A DNA stretch of 62,157 bases, the filler included, from Nemertoderma westbladi (Eukaryota; Animalia; Xenacoelomorpha), in the NCBI GenBank assembly GCA_032718475.1. It is 4 parts of 4 records of this genome, joined end to end, with 100 filler letters (N's around TTAATTAATTAA, not from the genome) between each part and the next. Parts side by side here need not be neighbours in the genome. Positions count along the whole stretch, not along the records: positions 1 to 15,163 come from JAUCBJ010001718.1; positions 15,264 to 33,138 come from JAUCBJ010003709.1; 2 more parts are not named here. The stretch is one strand, 5' to 3'. The notes below the pieces were generated by a model. The model searched no databases. It saw only the letters and a list, made by a program, of their open reading frames with translations, and had not been told where the DNA came from. The number at the start of each line of letters is the position of its first letter. The first letter of the stretch is position 1. Both the position numbers and the translations under genes were made by a program. Positions 12,001-25,700 of this stretch are shown here, piece by piece.

Positions 12001-15000
12001 TCCGCCGGCGGACCCACCCCATTTGGTGTGGGAAGCTCCACGAAGGATGGCGTATTGGATCCGCCGGCGGACCCACCCCATTTGGTGTGGGAAGCTCCAC
12101 GAAGGATGGCGTATTGGATCCGCCGGCGGACCCACCCCATTTGGTGTGGGAAGCTCCACGAAGGATGGCGTATTGGATCCGCCGGCGGACCCACCCCATT
12201 TGGTGTGGGAAGCTCCACGAAGGATGGCGTATTGGATCCGCCGGCGGACCCACCCCATTTGGTGTGGGAAGCTCCACGAAGGATGGCGTATTGGATCCGC
12301 CGGCGGACCTACCCCATTTGGTGTGGGAAGCTCCACGAAGGATGGCGTATTGGATCCGCCGGCGGACCCACCCCATTTGGTGTGGGAAGCTCCACGAAGG
12401 ATGGCGTATTGGATCCGCCGGCGGACCCACCCCGAATCCCTACATCACACCGAAGACCAGCTGTCTCCGCCATCCCTTCTCGTCTATTTATCACTGGCTC
12501 CAGGTTAACATTGCTTGGGCCGAAGGCCAAGGATGCTAGATCTCCCACAACATCGCGTACTTCATTGTGACGTCGGATCACGAGGCCACCCTCTTTGCAG
12601 TTTAACCCGTGGTTCAGGTCAAAAGGGTCCCCGCATCCGTCACAGCGAGAGGGGACACCTGTAGGTGGTCGTCCATAGCGGAGGGAAATTGCATCTCGGA
12701 ATTCGGATGGCGATAAGTCCTGGTGAAAGTCAGCTAGTGGGAGAGCTGACTTCCAACCACTGGTCTTGAATTCAGCGGCCCGTCCGATGACTCTACGCTG
12801 TTCTGGTCGCAACTCAATAACTATGTCATCAAAGATTGCTTTCTCGCTTGTCCTTTGGGTAGCCCGAGCCGACTTTCTTGCCTCCTTGAGGCAGGATTGG
12901 TGGTCTGTCAGAGAGAACGTCTCTTCGCCTTTAATGGCACGTGATAGAGTTCGTGTACCGCCCTCTGATGTGGCATACTGATTGTCTGCTTCGCTTCGAC
13001 TGCTGGGTTCCGTATCCCAATGCCACCATTATTTGGGGACAGTGCAAATAAACTCAGCTCCGACTGTGTGATTTCCCCTCCAATCACGGCTGGTAGGAAG
13101 CACTCTGTGATGGTTTTTTCCAACACATTAATCATGGTGGAACAGTCTGGAGTTACCCGTTGTAAATAGGCCCACTCCCTCAGTAGAGAGCAGACCATGG
13201 CTGCGAACGCTGCATGTGGTTGTGCCTCTGCTATCTCTGCCAGTTGTTCCACTGAGTTAACTCATTCAGCGACTTCACCCCCTACAAACACCTGCCGTTC
13301 ATAATTTCCGCCTACGTGTCCTCCTAGGAAATGGTGATGTTTGACGATGTTTACAGGGTGGTTACGAAACACTTCCTTTACATGGTTCAGGTGCTCTGGT
13401 GACACCACGAGGTATCTTTTAGTGGGTTCGGGAAAATAACCCAACTTGGGGCCCCAGCACTGTAGCTCCTCAAACCACTCCAGTAGCCTTGGTAGGCAGC
13501 CGGCTGCTGCCGAGTCATCGGCAAACCAATTCTGGAATATCTCCTGTACAGATCGTAACTGATGGATCAGTGGTAGGACTCCTATGGCGTACAAGAGCAT
13601 CGCCGCGAGGGGATCGCCTTGAGTCATCCCTTCTTGATCCCTTCTCCTGAAAAGGACTGCATATGTGCCGCGGATGCTGAGGATACTGTGGCCCCTATAA
13701 CAGTTAAATAAGAACATAGAACATCGAGGCCAAAGAAGACGTGCATTCCAAAGGGCGGCTGTGCGATTCATGGAATTGAATGCCTTTGCTGCGTCAACCA
13801 ATAGTACCCCCCAGCCATCGCCGCTGTGCTGGTCAAACAATCCGGACATTGTGTGGATCGCTGCTTCCACACCGGCAGGTGTACCTGAGGAGAGCTGCTC
13901 TGCTCCACAGGCATCTGTGACATCATTGTCTGTGACAAGGGCCATGGATTTGGCGATGATCAGGCGAAGACACTCACCGATGCAGATTGGTCGCACTCCA
14001 CGGCATTTGTCCAGGGCAATCAGCCGGCTAGACATTAAGGCGCGAGTACACTCCCAAGGGACTGCCTTACTGGCCATCTCACGGGTTATTCCTGCGATTG
14101 CATCACAAAGTCGCTCTCTGTGTGCTCCATAACGTAGTAGGACGTTATGGATAACGTGTGTGCTCCATAACGCTCCATCGTGTTGAGTCGGAACCAGCAG
14201 GTCCTGCTCCACGATGGAGCCGTCTCGTGGCTGCTTCAATATGGGTACCCGTTACATCCACATTCATTGATGAGCGAGTCTGCTGGAAGAGGGACGGCCT
14301 GTGGGTGCTTTCTGTGGAGGACTACAAAGATCGTGGTCTTGGCACCCGAGTATCGATGGAGCTATCAGGGTCTAACACTCCATCCATTTCCCTGCCTGTC
14401 ACCCATCTCACCACACTCCGTACTTTTCCCTCCAGCATCAGTCTCGTGAATACTCGAATGGTGTGATCTTTCTCATCACCAGGGGATGTCCGCCTAGTGT
14501 TGCGGTTCGAACATATCTTTGCAGAGCTTCTCTCGGCTTCATGTAGAAGCACCTATATCTGTCCCATTCGCTATAGTTGAGCACGGCGGGTTAGAAGTCT
14601 ACGGATGTCTGCCGCCTTGATAACTTTGGGGTCTCGGTGGAGGAGCAGGCTATCTGCAAGGAGGATTCTCTCTGAGCGTGCATTGGCGACATTGAACTGG
14701 ATACCTCTTGCAAAGGCAGTCGCTTCAGCGGCAAGTAGCTCGATGAGGTCTCCGCCTACAGCACCTCCTGGCAGCCGATACTTGGGTCCACGTAGTTGAG
14801 TTGTGCGCCGCCACTGCTCCATCAGTCTGTCTGGGGGTTCACCCTTACCAACCAGGTTGCCCCCAAACGTCTTCATCATCAACCCTTTGGGGTCCAGCTC
14901 TATTGTTGATGTACTGCATGACCAGTTCTTATCAAAGACGGCACTATCCAACATCTGGGGAATATTCTGTGGAGGTTGGCCATTGGCTCCAGGATGCTGG

Positions 15001-15163
15001 TTGATTGGGATCGGCGTGTGATCTGCCGGCAGGGTCCTTGGAAGCCTCGAGAGTGTTGCTTTAAGAATGGGTTTGGTCTGTCTATATTTTTTTATTATAC
15101 ACAAGACTATATTTGAGAGACCGGATCATGCTGAACATGGTTGTTTGAAAAAGCGTTCCTATT
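9032..15163 (-). mobile_element. Degenerate CRE-clade non-LTR retrotransposon (RT, zinc knuckle, partly deleted RLE), interrupted by its own 59-bp array
   Basis: Frameshifted ORFs 14571-15104, 14322-14552, 13262-14239 (LIALDK..GVRPI.IGE, GVEAAIH, LLVDA.KAFNS, EGMTQGDPL, WFADDS), 12908-13252 and 12309-12812 (CDGCG..FDLNHGLNC...RRHNEVRD, RCDVGIRG). C-terminal RGSRVKWR..LEDGVGL* at 9032-9110. Confidence 0.88.
9109..12433. repeat. 59-bp GC-rich tandem array (about 56 units) derived from the CRE element's coding 3' end
   Basis: Unit ggtgtgggaagctccacgaaggatggcgtattggatccgccggcggacccaccccattt. The minus strand encodes MGWVRRRIQYAILRGAS, the CRE C-terminal motif. Confidence 0.97.
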
Positions 15164-15263
15164 NNNNNNNNNNNNNNNNNNNNNNNNNNNNNNNNNNNNN
15201 NNNNNNNTTAATTAATTAANNNNNNNNNNNNNNNNNNNNNNNNNNNNNNNNNNNNNNNNNNNN
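15164..15263. other. Artificial contig-joining linker
   Basis: N44-TTAATTAATTAA-N44 (stops in all six frames), identical at three places. Confidence 0.97.
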
Positions 15264-15827
15264 TTAAATTTATTTACGAAACAGAGGTTATAATTTTGAA
15301 TTAATACTTCTTTAGAATTACGGCCGAAGTAAAAAGCTGGCATGAAATTTCTCCAGTGCCAGCGGTTGGGCGAATCTGGGTGTTTCATGGAAATAATGGT
15401 TTTACACAGAGAGCAAAGCCTTAGCTTTAGCATGTTACAGTAGGTCATATATTAGGTCATAGATTGATTTGGTTTGATGCATAAATTGTATATGTATATG
15501 TTGTAATGCATAAACATAAGTAGACAAAAACACAGTTAATAGATATTCACAATAAAATTGGCAGGCAGTCTGCTTAGTAAAATTGGGCTAATTAGCGCAG
15601 TGTCTTGTTAGGTAGGTGCCGGAATACATAAAGTGAGTAGATTCACCTTTAAGAGAAATAATATGTGTGGTGCCACTACAGGGCAGGTTTTATATACTTG
15701 TAGGGTCCTTGATAGTTGTAATTTCAGATTTTTTATAAAATATTTTTTATTTCTTTCAGTTTAAGTTGTATACTACGGAGCCCCTAATTTGTTTTCATAA
15801 GTTCATTTTCATATTTTCATATTATTA

Positions 15828-16200
15828 ATGATGTCATTAATCAAATTTGGCCTTGTCGGTTCTGTCTGTATGCCTGTCAGTTTGTCTGTCAAAATATAAC
15901 CGACAGTGTGACTGCTAAACAGACAATTTGGAAGTCATCAAATGTTAAAATTGACACTCGAAATGAATTCTGCGACCAGGAAAACCCCATATAACTAAAC
16001 TTTTAGCTAGATGGTGTGCCTTTTTCTTATGTTTGACAGACAGATAGTCCGATAGTCAGAATCAGAAAGACCGACAGACAGACATACAGACAAATTAGAT
16101 TTCATTTAAAGTGAAATCTGTCCTCAGAAATGAAATGAGGGACCAGGAAAACCCCCATGGCAAAAATCTTAGCATGAGTTTATGATTAATGGTTGCTAGA
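15828..16200. repeat. Interspersed repeat, second copy of the element end at about 4880-5140
   Basis: gatgtcattaatcaaatttggccttgtcggttctgtct...cagacaatttggaagtcatcaaatgttaaaa...gaccgacagacagacatac is shared with 4881-5134. Confidence 0.85.
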
Positions 16201-17058
16201 TATTATATTGACAGACATTATCACGCTTGGTGTCTTCAAAAGTATTGGTCAGAATTTTAAAATTTAAATCCTAACTCATTATATTGGCTTCGAAATGTGA
16301 AAAATGCTAATTTTTTGAAAAAAATATGAAAATACAGTAATTAATTAATTTGGTAATAAAATCGGAAATAATTAATATCAAAAAATTTTGACCAATTCTT
16401 TTATTCAACAGTACCGGTATATCCTAATTATATACGAAATAACTAGTTATATACAGTAACTAATGTTTGTTCGAAGAGTAGTGTTTTTAGTAATAGTAAT
16501 AATTTTATGCTACTAAATAACAATAAATTATTATAACTATATTGCAAAGAAAATTTATTTTTTTAACAATTCTTCAGTTATCGATTGACCCTTATACCAA
16601 AAATAAGAGAATTAAGATAGCGCTATCCCCCCCCCCCCCCCCCCCACCTGATTTAGCATGCAATACTGTATGGAAATAATTGAAAATAATTTTTTTTTTT
16701 TTAAATAATTGATTATTCTTGCATCGTCATCGTTTGATGTCTGCCTACCTTTGTCCTCCTTTGTCAAGGTAATAGGGCATCACTGGTGTTGAAATACTAA
16801 ATAATTGTTTATTGTTCATCCCAACAAGCCAATTAAGGCTATTGTTGAGATCAAAGTAGTACCAACTGCACGCTACAATACCGGAGTCCGTATACATTTA
16901 GAAAAGAAATACATACTGTAGTTGAACCCAGTACGTAAAGTACTCGAACATAATAAATATTATATATACATAATAGCAATAACAATCTAAATTTAAGAAC
17001 TTCCATCACATACTCAGTCATACCACAAACATTCAACACACGTAATACGTAGTAACTA

Positions 17059-17203
17059 GGGTAAGTGCTAAAATGCACAACGAGCAACAATGACCAACAA
17101 TTAGCAACAATGAGCAACAACCAGCAACAACGAGCAACAATGAGCAACAACGAGCAATAATAAAGTACAACAACGAGTAACAACGAGTAACAACGAGTAA
17201 CAA
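17059..17203. mobile_element. Terminal arm of a foldback/Mutator-like element (unique terminus plus 10-bp subterminal repeats)
   Basis: GGTAAGTGCTAAAATGCACAACGAGCAACAATGACCAACAA at 17060 is the reverse complement (1 mismatch) of the end of the 28739-32337 array. Confidence 0.7.
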
Positions 17204-17670
17204 GACTGAAATCAGGTAAACTGATTAATATTTGTAGGCCTACCGATTATTTCAGGCACCAGTAACACAGCGATTAATTTATTTATTATTAACTACATTT
17301 TAGGCCTAATTAAGTATTGTAATATTGCCAGTATTTCTAATATATTGCATTAAGTATAAAAACAATTTTGTAGGTAGAAACCGAAGTACTTTAAGATATA
17401 GATTCTGTAAAAACAAATGCATGCATAATATACACACAGATATAAAGATGGGCACATAAATATATGTGTTGGGGGCATATACAGTACAGTTATAAGATGG
17501 GTACATAATATAATCCACCTAACCTAAACTAATATAAACAAACTACTTACGTACTTACATCAACAAGATAGGGTACATCATTTATTTTAAAGACCTGTTA
17601 AACAAGGTAATGGATATTATATAAACTATAAACTAAACGAAAGTAACTATTAAGTAATACTACAATTTAA

Positions 17671-20600
17671 TTATTTTAATAGATGCACTGAAAGTTTTTG
17701 TTTAAACGAGTTAAAAGAAGCGGCCCGTCGTGCATCAGCAGGCAGAGAATTCCATATGTGTGGGGCTTGTATAAATATGGAATTGTTTCGTAATTCTAAC
17801 CTATGTCTAACAATGAAGCATTTATTCTGAGACGATCCACGGGTTTGATGATAGTGAATTTGGTTTACAGTCAAAAGATGTGGAAAAATATCCTTCGGGA
17901 GTAATCCATTGATGTACTTAAAACAGATTGCACCTACTTGTGAAATGTAAAGAGAACGTAAGCAGTGTGGGTTAAACGTTGGGTTGTGGTATTTAATTAT
18001 TTTAAATGCGCGTTGTTGTAGGTTATGTAATTTACGGATGCTCATTGTTTGGTTTTTAGGTTTGCGTCTACATCGGCGGGGACCCTTATATTTACTCGAA
18101 GTCTGTGTAGCTGTATCCGAACTTGATTGCATTAACGCTTAGCCCCAAACAGAGATGCAGTAATTAAAATAAGGTTCTATCAGTGAGTAATATAATTTAG
18201 CGAGAACTGGGGTTGGTAAGAATGATTTAATTATATTTATGATTCCTACATTTCTACTTACTTTGGTGTGTATGTGGGATATGTGATCTTTCCAAGTTAA
18301 ATTTTCGTCGATTAGAACGCCTAGGAATTTGATACATTGTTTTTGTTTTATTATTTTCCCATTTATAGTTACTTTTTGTGTATCGGTATTATATTTTTTT
18401 ATATTAGTCTGATAGAATATAATATAATTGGTTTTGTCCACATTCAGTGACAGTCTATTTATTTGAAACCATTTTGTTAGTTTGTCCAGTTCAGTGTTAG
18501 AGGTATTAATAATGTTATTTATGTCTGAACCTGATAAAGCAAATTCGTATCATCTGCAAAAAGGATATGTTTAAATAGTTTGGATACATTTACCAGGTCA
18601 TTGACATATTATGAACAGCAGAGGACCCAGTATTGAGCCCTGGGGTACGCCGTGGGTCAGGGTACACAGGTCTGATTTAGCACCATTGATTTCAACGTAT
18701 TGCTGGCGATTGCATAGGTAATTAGTGAACCAAGCAAGAGGGACACCCGTGACTCCGTAATGATGCAATTTGTCAATGAGGATAGAGTGATTCACAGTGT
18801 CGAAGGCCTTTGATAGGTCGATTGAGATACCCAGGGTCATTTTGTGGTTGTCTAAGGCTTCAGTTATGTAGTCTAATACACTGAGTAATGCATATTGGGT
18901 GGATCTGTTGTTTCGGAATCCGAATTGGTCGGGTGTAAGGACTGCTTGTTTAGTTATATACACAAGAAGTTGTTTGTATGCAAACTTTTCTATTAGTTTT
19001 GAGAAGAAAGGTAGGACTGATATAGGCCGGTAGTTTATAGGGATAGTAGAATCTCCAGATTTAAACACTGGAATCACTCGGGCAATTTTCATGATATCTG
19101 GGACAATGCCGGTAGCCAGGGAAAAGTTTATAATCAAGGTTAGAGGCTTAGCAATGTTCTTAATCGTGGGTATTATTACCTTGGCACCTAATCCATCGCA
19201 CCCTGCACCAGCTTTGTGATTCAGTTTTTTTGTGATTTCAATTAACTGCTGTTCTGTGACTGCGGTGAAATCCCTTAGGCGGTGTGGTAGCATGGTATTA
19301 GTGAGGTAGTCTAATGGTGAGCAGTCATGGTTAGGGATTTCTGAGTCAAGTTTACCACCTACTTTACTATAATAGTCATTAAACACAGCAGCAATCTTTG
19401 TTGGGTTGGTGATGGCTTTTTTATTATGGAATATTAGTGATGGGGCTGAATTTTTATTTCGTTTATTAATTAGTAGGTTTATAGATGTCCATATTTTCTT
19501 CAGACTATTGGTATTTGAATCAAGAGCCTTATTCATGTAGTCATATTTTGCTTTCCTGATAATGGTTTTAAGTGCGTGTTGGTATTTTTTAAATTTTAGA
19601 GTATGTTCAGGAGAAGGATTTGTAATATGGATGAGATATAATCTGTCTTTTTTGTTTACACATCGTATTATACTTTCACTGATCCATGGAGTTAATGAGT
19701 TTGATACTTTTATGCGTTGGAGAGGAAAAAATGTATTGTATTGAATGCTATATTTGTTTAGAAACACATTATAGGCTTCATGGGGTGTAGCATCTATTGT
19801 ATCATATACGTCTTCCCAGCTCACATTGCCCAGGCACTCATCAAATTCCCTGAGTTTTCAGTTGAATAGAATTTGCATATCATAGTCATTTGATCGCTTG
19901 ATTTTCAGGTCCTTTCTGGGTACCGCTGATATATTTTCAGATACATAGAGTGCAATACCGCCTCCAGACTCTTCGGAGCGGCAGTCAAAGAATGGAGTGT
20001 AACCCGGGATGTCATATTTTGTAAGATCATGGCGCCGTTCATTTAGCCAACTCTCCGATATTCCAATGTAATTGAATTTAACGTCTAATTGATCAAGGTA
20101 TGAAGTTATATTTTCAAAACTCGAGCACAGACTGCGTGAGTTGAAATGAATCATTGAGATATCATTGTCAACACTAGTAGTACCGGTATATTTACTATTA
20201 AAGTCGTCTGAAAAATAATATTGACAGTTGCGGATAGCAGAGTGGTCAGCAGTAAAGTTTAAATTTGGATTTATATCTCCATCGAAATCATTTTCATTAT
20301 CAGCTGAAGTTTTGTAGGGTTCAAAATATATACTATCAAGAGCCTCGATATTTATTGTTCCTGGAATTCTATAGTCTGTAATTGTTAATTTGTATTCATC
20401 CTCATCTGCAATCCACTGAAATGGTAATGATGCAGCTATGCAGTGTGAACAGTACCAGGAATATTTCGAGTTTTGAAAACAACGGTAGTCAGACCTCAAA
20501 TAATTAGACGAGATACATTTTAGGTGTATCCAGTTATTGCAGTGATCACAACAAATGGCCATTTGGTTTTTGCCTACCGTTACATTACAGGAACCACAAG

Positions 20601-21740
20601 GATATACAGTGCATATATTATTTTTCACATTTTCAGAGGGCTTCTTAGCCATGATAATTTTAATTACACATACATACAAATAATGAAAAGTTCATTAGTC
20701 ATGTGAACCTATGTACTTACTTTTTACCGTTCACTTCGTTTTACCAGTACCGTTTCGTTGTTTCTGCTGTTGCTTCTCATTCCCCTTGGCAGCAGTGAGT
20801 GGTTTTAAATTGGGTTGGCGAGCGACGGGCTTCGGATATATCGGTGTGGTGGTATGCTTTGGATTCGGTGTAGCGTTGATCGTAGGCTTCGCTCCAACAG
20901 TGTTTCCCTCGTTCGCTTTAGCTTGGCCTATTCCACTGACCATCGGAGGTGTCCAAGCATTAACATCGTTAATGCTATTAATAATGATTGGTCGCCCTCT
21001 CTCGGTTGCTGCAAATATGCGGCCGTCGGTACTCCATACCATGCGACTTCCACCCTTCTCCTTTGCAGCTGTCAGGAGAGCCGATTTGCGTTTTGTTAAT
21101 GAGTCAGACACGAAGATACCCGTTCCTTTAAACAATCGTCGATTTTGTATAACCTTAGCCTTTGCCCTATGATTGGTAAATTTAATAATCGAGAGATTTT
21201 TCCGTTTCGGTTCTCCGTCATCCGAATCGCGGGTTTTCTCTTTTTCCTGGTTCGTGACCGCTCTGTTTATTAAGTTGTGGCATCTATCGACATCATGAAT
21301 ACCCAAGTTAAGACCAAGTTTCTTATTTATGAAGTCGACGGCGTGGCGTGCAGGAAGGTCGATGTCGTCATCCCCCCGAGGAAGAGTAAAACCATGAAGA
21401 AGAACGCAATTGCGACGTGAATATTGTTCTTGGTCGTCTACCTCCAATGACAAATCATTGAGGCGTTCAGTGATTTTAGTGTAGTTGTCAGCGCATTTCG
21501 TCATATCTTTCTTCACGTGTGAAATCTCGTGTTCGATAGCCATGTAAACGTTTTGTGTAATATTTTCTATTACCGAATCTTTTAATTCTAGGCCCTTAGT
21601 TAGAGTTTCGACTTCGTTGCGAACCTTATCTTAGATAACTGTCTCTAGGTTATTAATGCTATCAGTTAGATTGCTTTTCTCTTCATCCAGGTCCTCTCTG
21701 ATCTGAATTATTGTTTATTCGGATAAGCGGCTCATTGTAC
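17671..21740 (-). mobile_element. CR1/L2-type LINE, degenerate (ORF1, then PHD-APE-RT ORF2)
   Basis: ORF1 20731-21543 has a coiled coil and EQYSRRNCVLLHG. ORF2 pieces: 19858-20679 (PHD CGSC..CDHC..WIHLKC..WYCSHC; APE HFNSRSL, IGISESWL, GGGIALY), 18598-19824 (NYRPISVL, QFGFR, DLSKAFDTV, GVPQGSILGPLLF), 18139-18441 (KFLGV.ID..L.WK.HI), 17671-18132. The C-terminal half of APE is deleted. Confidence 0.92.
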
Positions 21741-22094
21741 AGTTGCTGAGTTGTATCTTTGCTAGGCTTATAACAGCAGTATAAGTGTATACCAGTATAA
21801 CAGTTTACCAGTATAGCAGTTAAAATATGTTACGTGTGTTAGTTAAATTTCCATACCACCCCATCAGGATAGCAATAATAATTAATAAACTAGGCTGGTT
21901 ACTGGGTTAGGTAGGCCTATCAGCCTATTCTATAGATTCGATGGGACTACTACTGGTTGTGGTTGGGATAATATTCTACAAACAGTATACAGTACACATT
22001 ATACTGCATAAGTATCATTGTTGCTCGTTATTGTACTTTATTATTTATCGTTATTTCTCATTGTTGCTCATTGTTGCTTATTGTTGCTCGTTAT

Positions 22095-22787
22095 TGTAAG
22101 CGGTTTCAATTCCACTTCATTATCCACCAGAAAATAGGCTAGTGGCATTTTAAGCAATATGTTGGAGATACGAGATTACCAATATCAATCTCGTATCATA
22201 ACCAACATTGGGGGGGGGGGGGGGGGCAACACAAGCCCCGAAGCCACATAGAAAGGAAGGTGAGAGGTCAAACCACCTCGAAGGGAATACAGCTAGTAGA
22301 GGCTAGCAGCGGAGGGGAAACACTCCCAGAGAGTGCCAAGGTGACAAGTAGTATATTAGCCAATAGAGGGGAGGGAAGCACGTGATAGGGAACAGGAAAG
22401 CATCCATTGGGTAGAAGGCCAAAGTAGAGTAGGAAGTGAAGCAATATTCAGTGTATCAGTTATATATATTATCAGATTGTTGGATTGGTATAATCAGTTG
22501 TGTTATTCAGTTTGGTGCAGACCAGCAATAATTATTAACCGCCATCGGCACTATCATACCAGTAACTTTATTTTATTAAAGTTAAACTTTATTTTGTTAA
22601 CTTTAACTTTATCTGTATTTCTGCTGTTATTCAGTGTGCTATCATCGAACATTTTTCTAACATCGAGAGACAACAGTAACTCTATTGTTTTTCCCCAACA
22701 GCCTCGGCCAAAGCTGTTAGCACCATCCCCAAGCAGAACGGTGACGCATACTACAATTATCCGGTCGGGATCCCTGATCCCGTCACA
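22095..22787 (+). repeat. 5' LTR of the BEL/Pao element
   Basis: TGTAAG...GTCACA. Its 3' part (about 22530-22787) is nearly identical to 28520-28738. Its 5' part matches the inverted solo LTR ending at 39084. Confidence 0.85.
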
Positions 22788-25700
22788 GTCAATAATTACC
22801 ATACTGCCATAAACTGTGACTGCCAGAGATAGAGACGGAAAGGAAAGATGAGCGAAGGAGAGCCCCGATTATCTGAGGGAGAGAGGATGCCGCCGCGGAC
22901 CCCGGACGATACCAACCAAACGATCCGTGAGGTCCGTTTTGGACAGGGAGAACTAGCGAGTGAGAGAGCGAGGGGGGTCGCCACCGAACTGTTCGAACTG
23001 TGGTGATCCAGAGTTATGGAGCCTGAAGTAGTGTACGTAGGGCCTTACTTAGTGGATGCTAGGGGAATTATGTTAGTGGGTTGGGCGGATCCACACGACG
23101 GTGAACCCGAGGTTAACCCCAAGGATTCGGTGTTGTCGGTCAGTGAGAAGCAAGAATGACATCCTGGAGATGAGGACGGGAAGGTGCAAGATATCAGCAA
23201 TAGCACCGGGATATGACTATGGGGCGACCATCGACCCCATCCAGGTAATAGAATCTATCAACATAAACACCAGGCGACCAACTAACATTGAGGTCGAGCA
23301 ATACAGATTCCTGGACGAGATTGATTTCTCGATACCGGAAGTGGACGTCCGGAAGGCATCCATCATAGTAGGGATGGACTGTCCGACGGCCCACAAGAGA
23401 GTACAAACGGTCTTCGGAGAGGACAGGCAGCGTGATCCAATGGCAGTTCTCACACCATTCGGATGGACGCTTAGCGGCCCATCAAAACCAAAATTCCATT
23501 TAGGATGTCGGAGACATCGGGGTGCATGTTTGCAGGAACCATGAGAGAGGTGGAGGATGAATGAGCGGAGGAGCAGCTGAAGAGGCTGTTAAGACAGGAC
23601 TTCGAAGGACTGAAGAAGACCGGGGTCAGAACCTCGGTAGAGGACAAGCAAGAAATAGAAAGCGTGAAGGAGTCAATGAAGTGCGACGAGGGATGGTACA
23701 CCATAGGCATGGTGTGGAAACAACTGAGATTACTGTTACCTGACAATAAGGGGATGGTACTCACGAGGCTTCGCAAACTGAAGCAAACACTCAAATGGAG
23801 CTCCGAGAAGGATGACTACGATAAAGGGATGATAAAGAAGTACGTCGAGAAGGGATGGGCCGTGGAGTTACTGGTCGACGAACCGAACACGGACAGGACC
23901 TATTACCTGCCACTTCATGTGGCTTTAGACCCGAAGAAGGGTAAACTGCGGATGGTGGTTGACGCATCGGCCAAAACCAATGGCAAGAGCCTAAACGACT
24001 ATCTGCTGGAGGGCCCCAGTATATACAACTCGGGGATAGAGGTCTTGTTGAGATTTAGAAATGGGAGGTACGCCTTCACGTGCGACATCGAAGGCATGTT
24101 CAACCAAGTCCGTGTGACGGAGGAGGACAGCGACAGCCAGCGCTTCCTATGGTACAACGGGGATGAGGAGCCGTCGGTGATACCGATGTACAAAATGGTG
24201 GTGCAAAACATGGGGGCCAAGTCGTCCTCATTTACGACGACTATGGCTGTAAGAGATACGGTAGAGGGGAAGGAGGGAAGGTATAGTGCCAAAGCGATCG
24301 ACATGATTTGACATGGTTTCTATGTAGATGATGGGATGGAATCTGGAAATATGGTTGAAGAAATACTGGAGACAGGGCGAGAGGTTCGCGACATCCTGAA
24401 AGGATCCGGGTTCAACCTGACTAAGTTCCAGTCCAGCTCAGAGGAGTTCATGAAAGCCATAGAAGACAGAGTCAGCGGCCAGAGTCGACCATGGACAATC
24501 CCACAACAGCCAAGGGACAGGACATGGCAAACAAGAGAGTGGAGTCTCAGCAGAAGGCACTGGGGATCATGTGGAACCGAGAGACGGATGAGTTCGAGTA
24601 TCAACTGAGCCAGGAGGGCGCAGAGATCCACACGAAGCGAGGCTATGTATCGTACATAGCAAGGATATACGATCCCTTAGGCCTAGCATCCCCATTGCTA
24701 GTCACGGGGAAGCAGATACTAAAGAAAGTATACAAGTTGAAGGACGAGTGGGATACGGAGGTCCCGGAAGAAATAAGTAAACAGTGGAGTAAGTGGACGA
24801 GAAGTTTAGAACAGATGGGGACGTACAGCATGCCACGCGCGTATTTCCCGGATGGGGACATGACGGAGCTGGACCTACACATGTTCTCCGATGCGTCTTT
24901 TGAAGCATACGGAGCGGTACTTTATCTGGTACAGCGAAAGGGGGCTCACAAGCCCAGACTTGCATTTAGTAAAGCTAAGTCGACGCCACCAGATTCAGCG
25001 TCAGTCCCAAAACTCGAGTTGACAGCTGCGAGGTTAGGAGTAAGGGCCACGGCCTACTTGATGGACACTATACCCAACATAGTGGAGACACACTACTGGA
25101 CGGACTCCATGGTAGTGCTAGGGTGGCTGCATAATGAGAAGACGAGATACACTATATTCGTTGCGAATAGGGTAGACGAGATAAGGGCGATGACTGACTT
25201 AGAAAGGTGGCATTACTGCCCTACCGACGACAACCCAACAGATTTGTTATCGAGGGGCGTGGCACGCCACACTTTCTTGAAGAAGGAAGTGTTGTGGCAG
25301 CACGGGCCACACTTCCTGAACGATAAATCAGCCTGGCCACCAATGAGGAAGGTGGATCCGGGCTCAGAGGAAGTAGTAGTACCAGGAGAAGAGGGGGAAG
25401 ATTCAGAAGGGGAAGAGATATACAGCCAGATGGTGAGGGAGATCAAGGAGGTGCCACCGAAATCAGAAGAACCATGCGACAACCCAACTGATAGGTTACT
25501 CAGTTACAGCTCCAGCTGGTATAAGACCAAGAAGTTGGTAGCATATTGGAGGGCCTACGGGGATTTCCTTAAGGGAGTTGGCAAGGATGCCAAGAAGAAA
25601 CCAAACATCGATCTGGAGGGAGCGGCCAAAGCCGTGATAAGGTACGAGCAGAGAAAGAACTACGCTGACGAAGTGGATAGAGTTAGCAAGAAACAACATC

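Noticed and set aside
9109-12433. CRISPR-like array
   Set aside because: Units are head-to-tail with no unique spacers, no cas genes are present, and the context is eukaryotic.
9100-12570. Three ORFs over 1100 aa on the + strand and many on the - strand
   Set aside because: They arise from a 59-bp unit lacking stop codons that cycles through frames; these are not real genes.
15164-15263. TTAATTAATTAA as a biological motif, or linkage between neighbouring segments
   Set aside because: Identical artificial linker at all three gaps.
20440-20600. PHD finger on the LINE ORF2 as a novelty
   Set aside because: PHD domains are already known in CR1-group LINEs.
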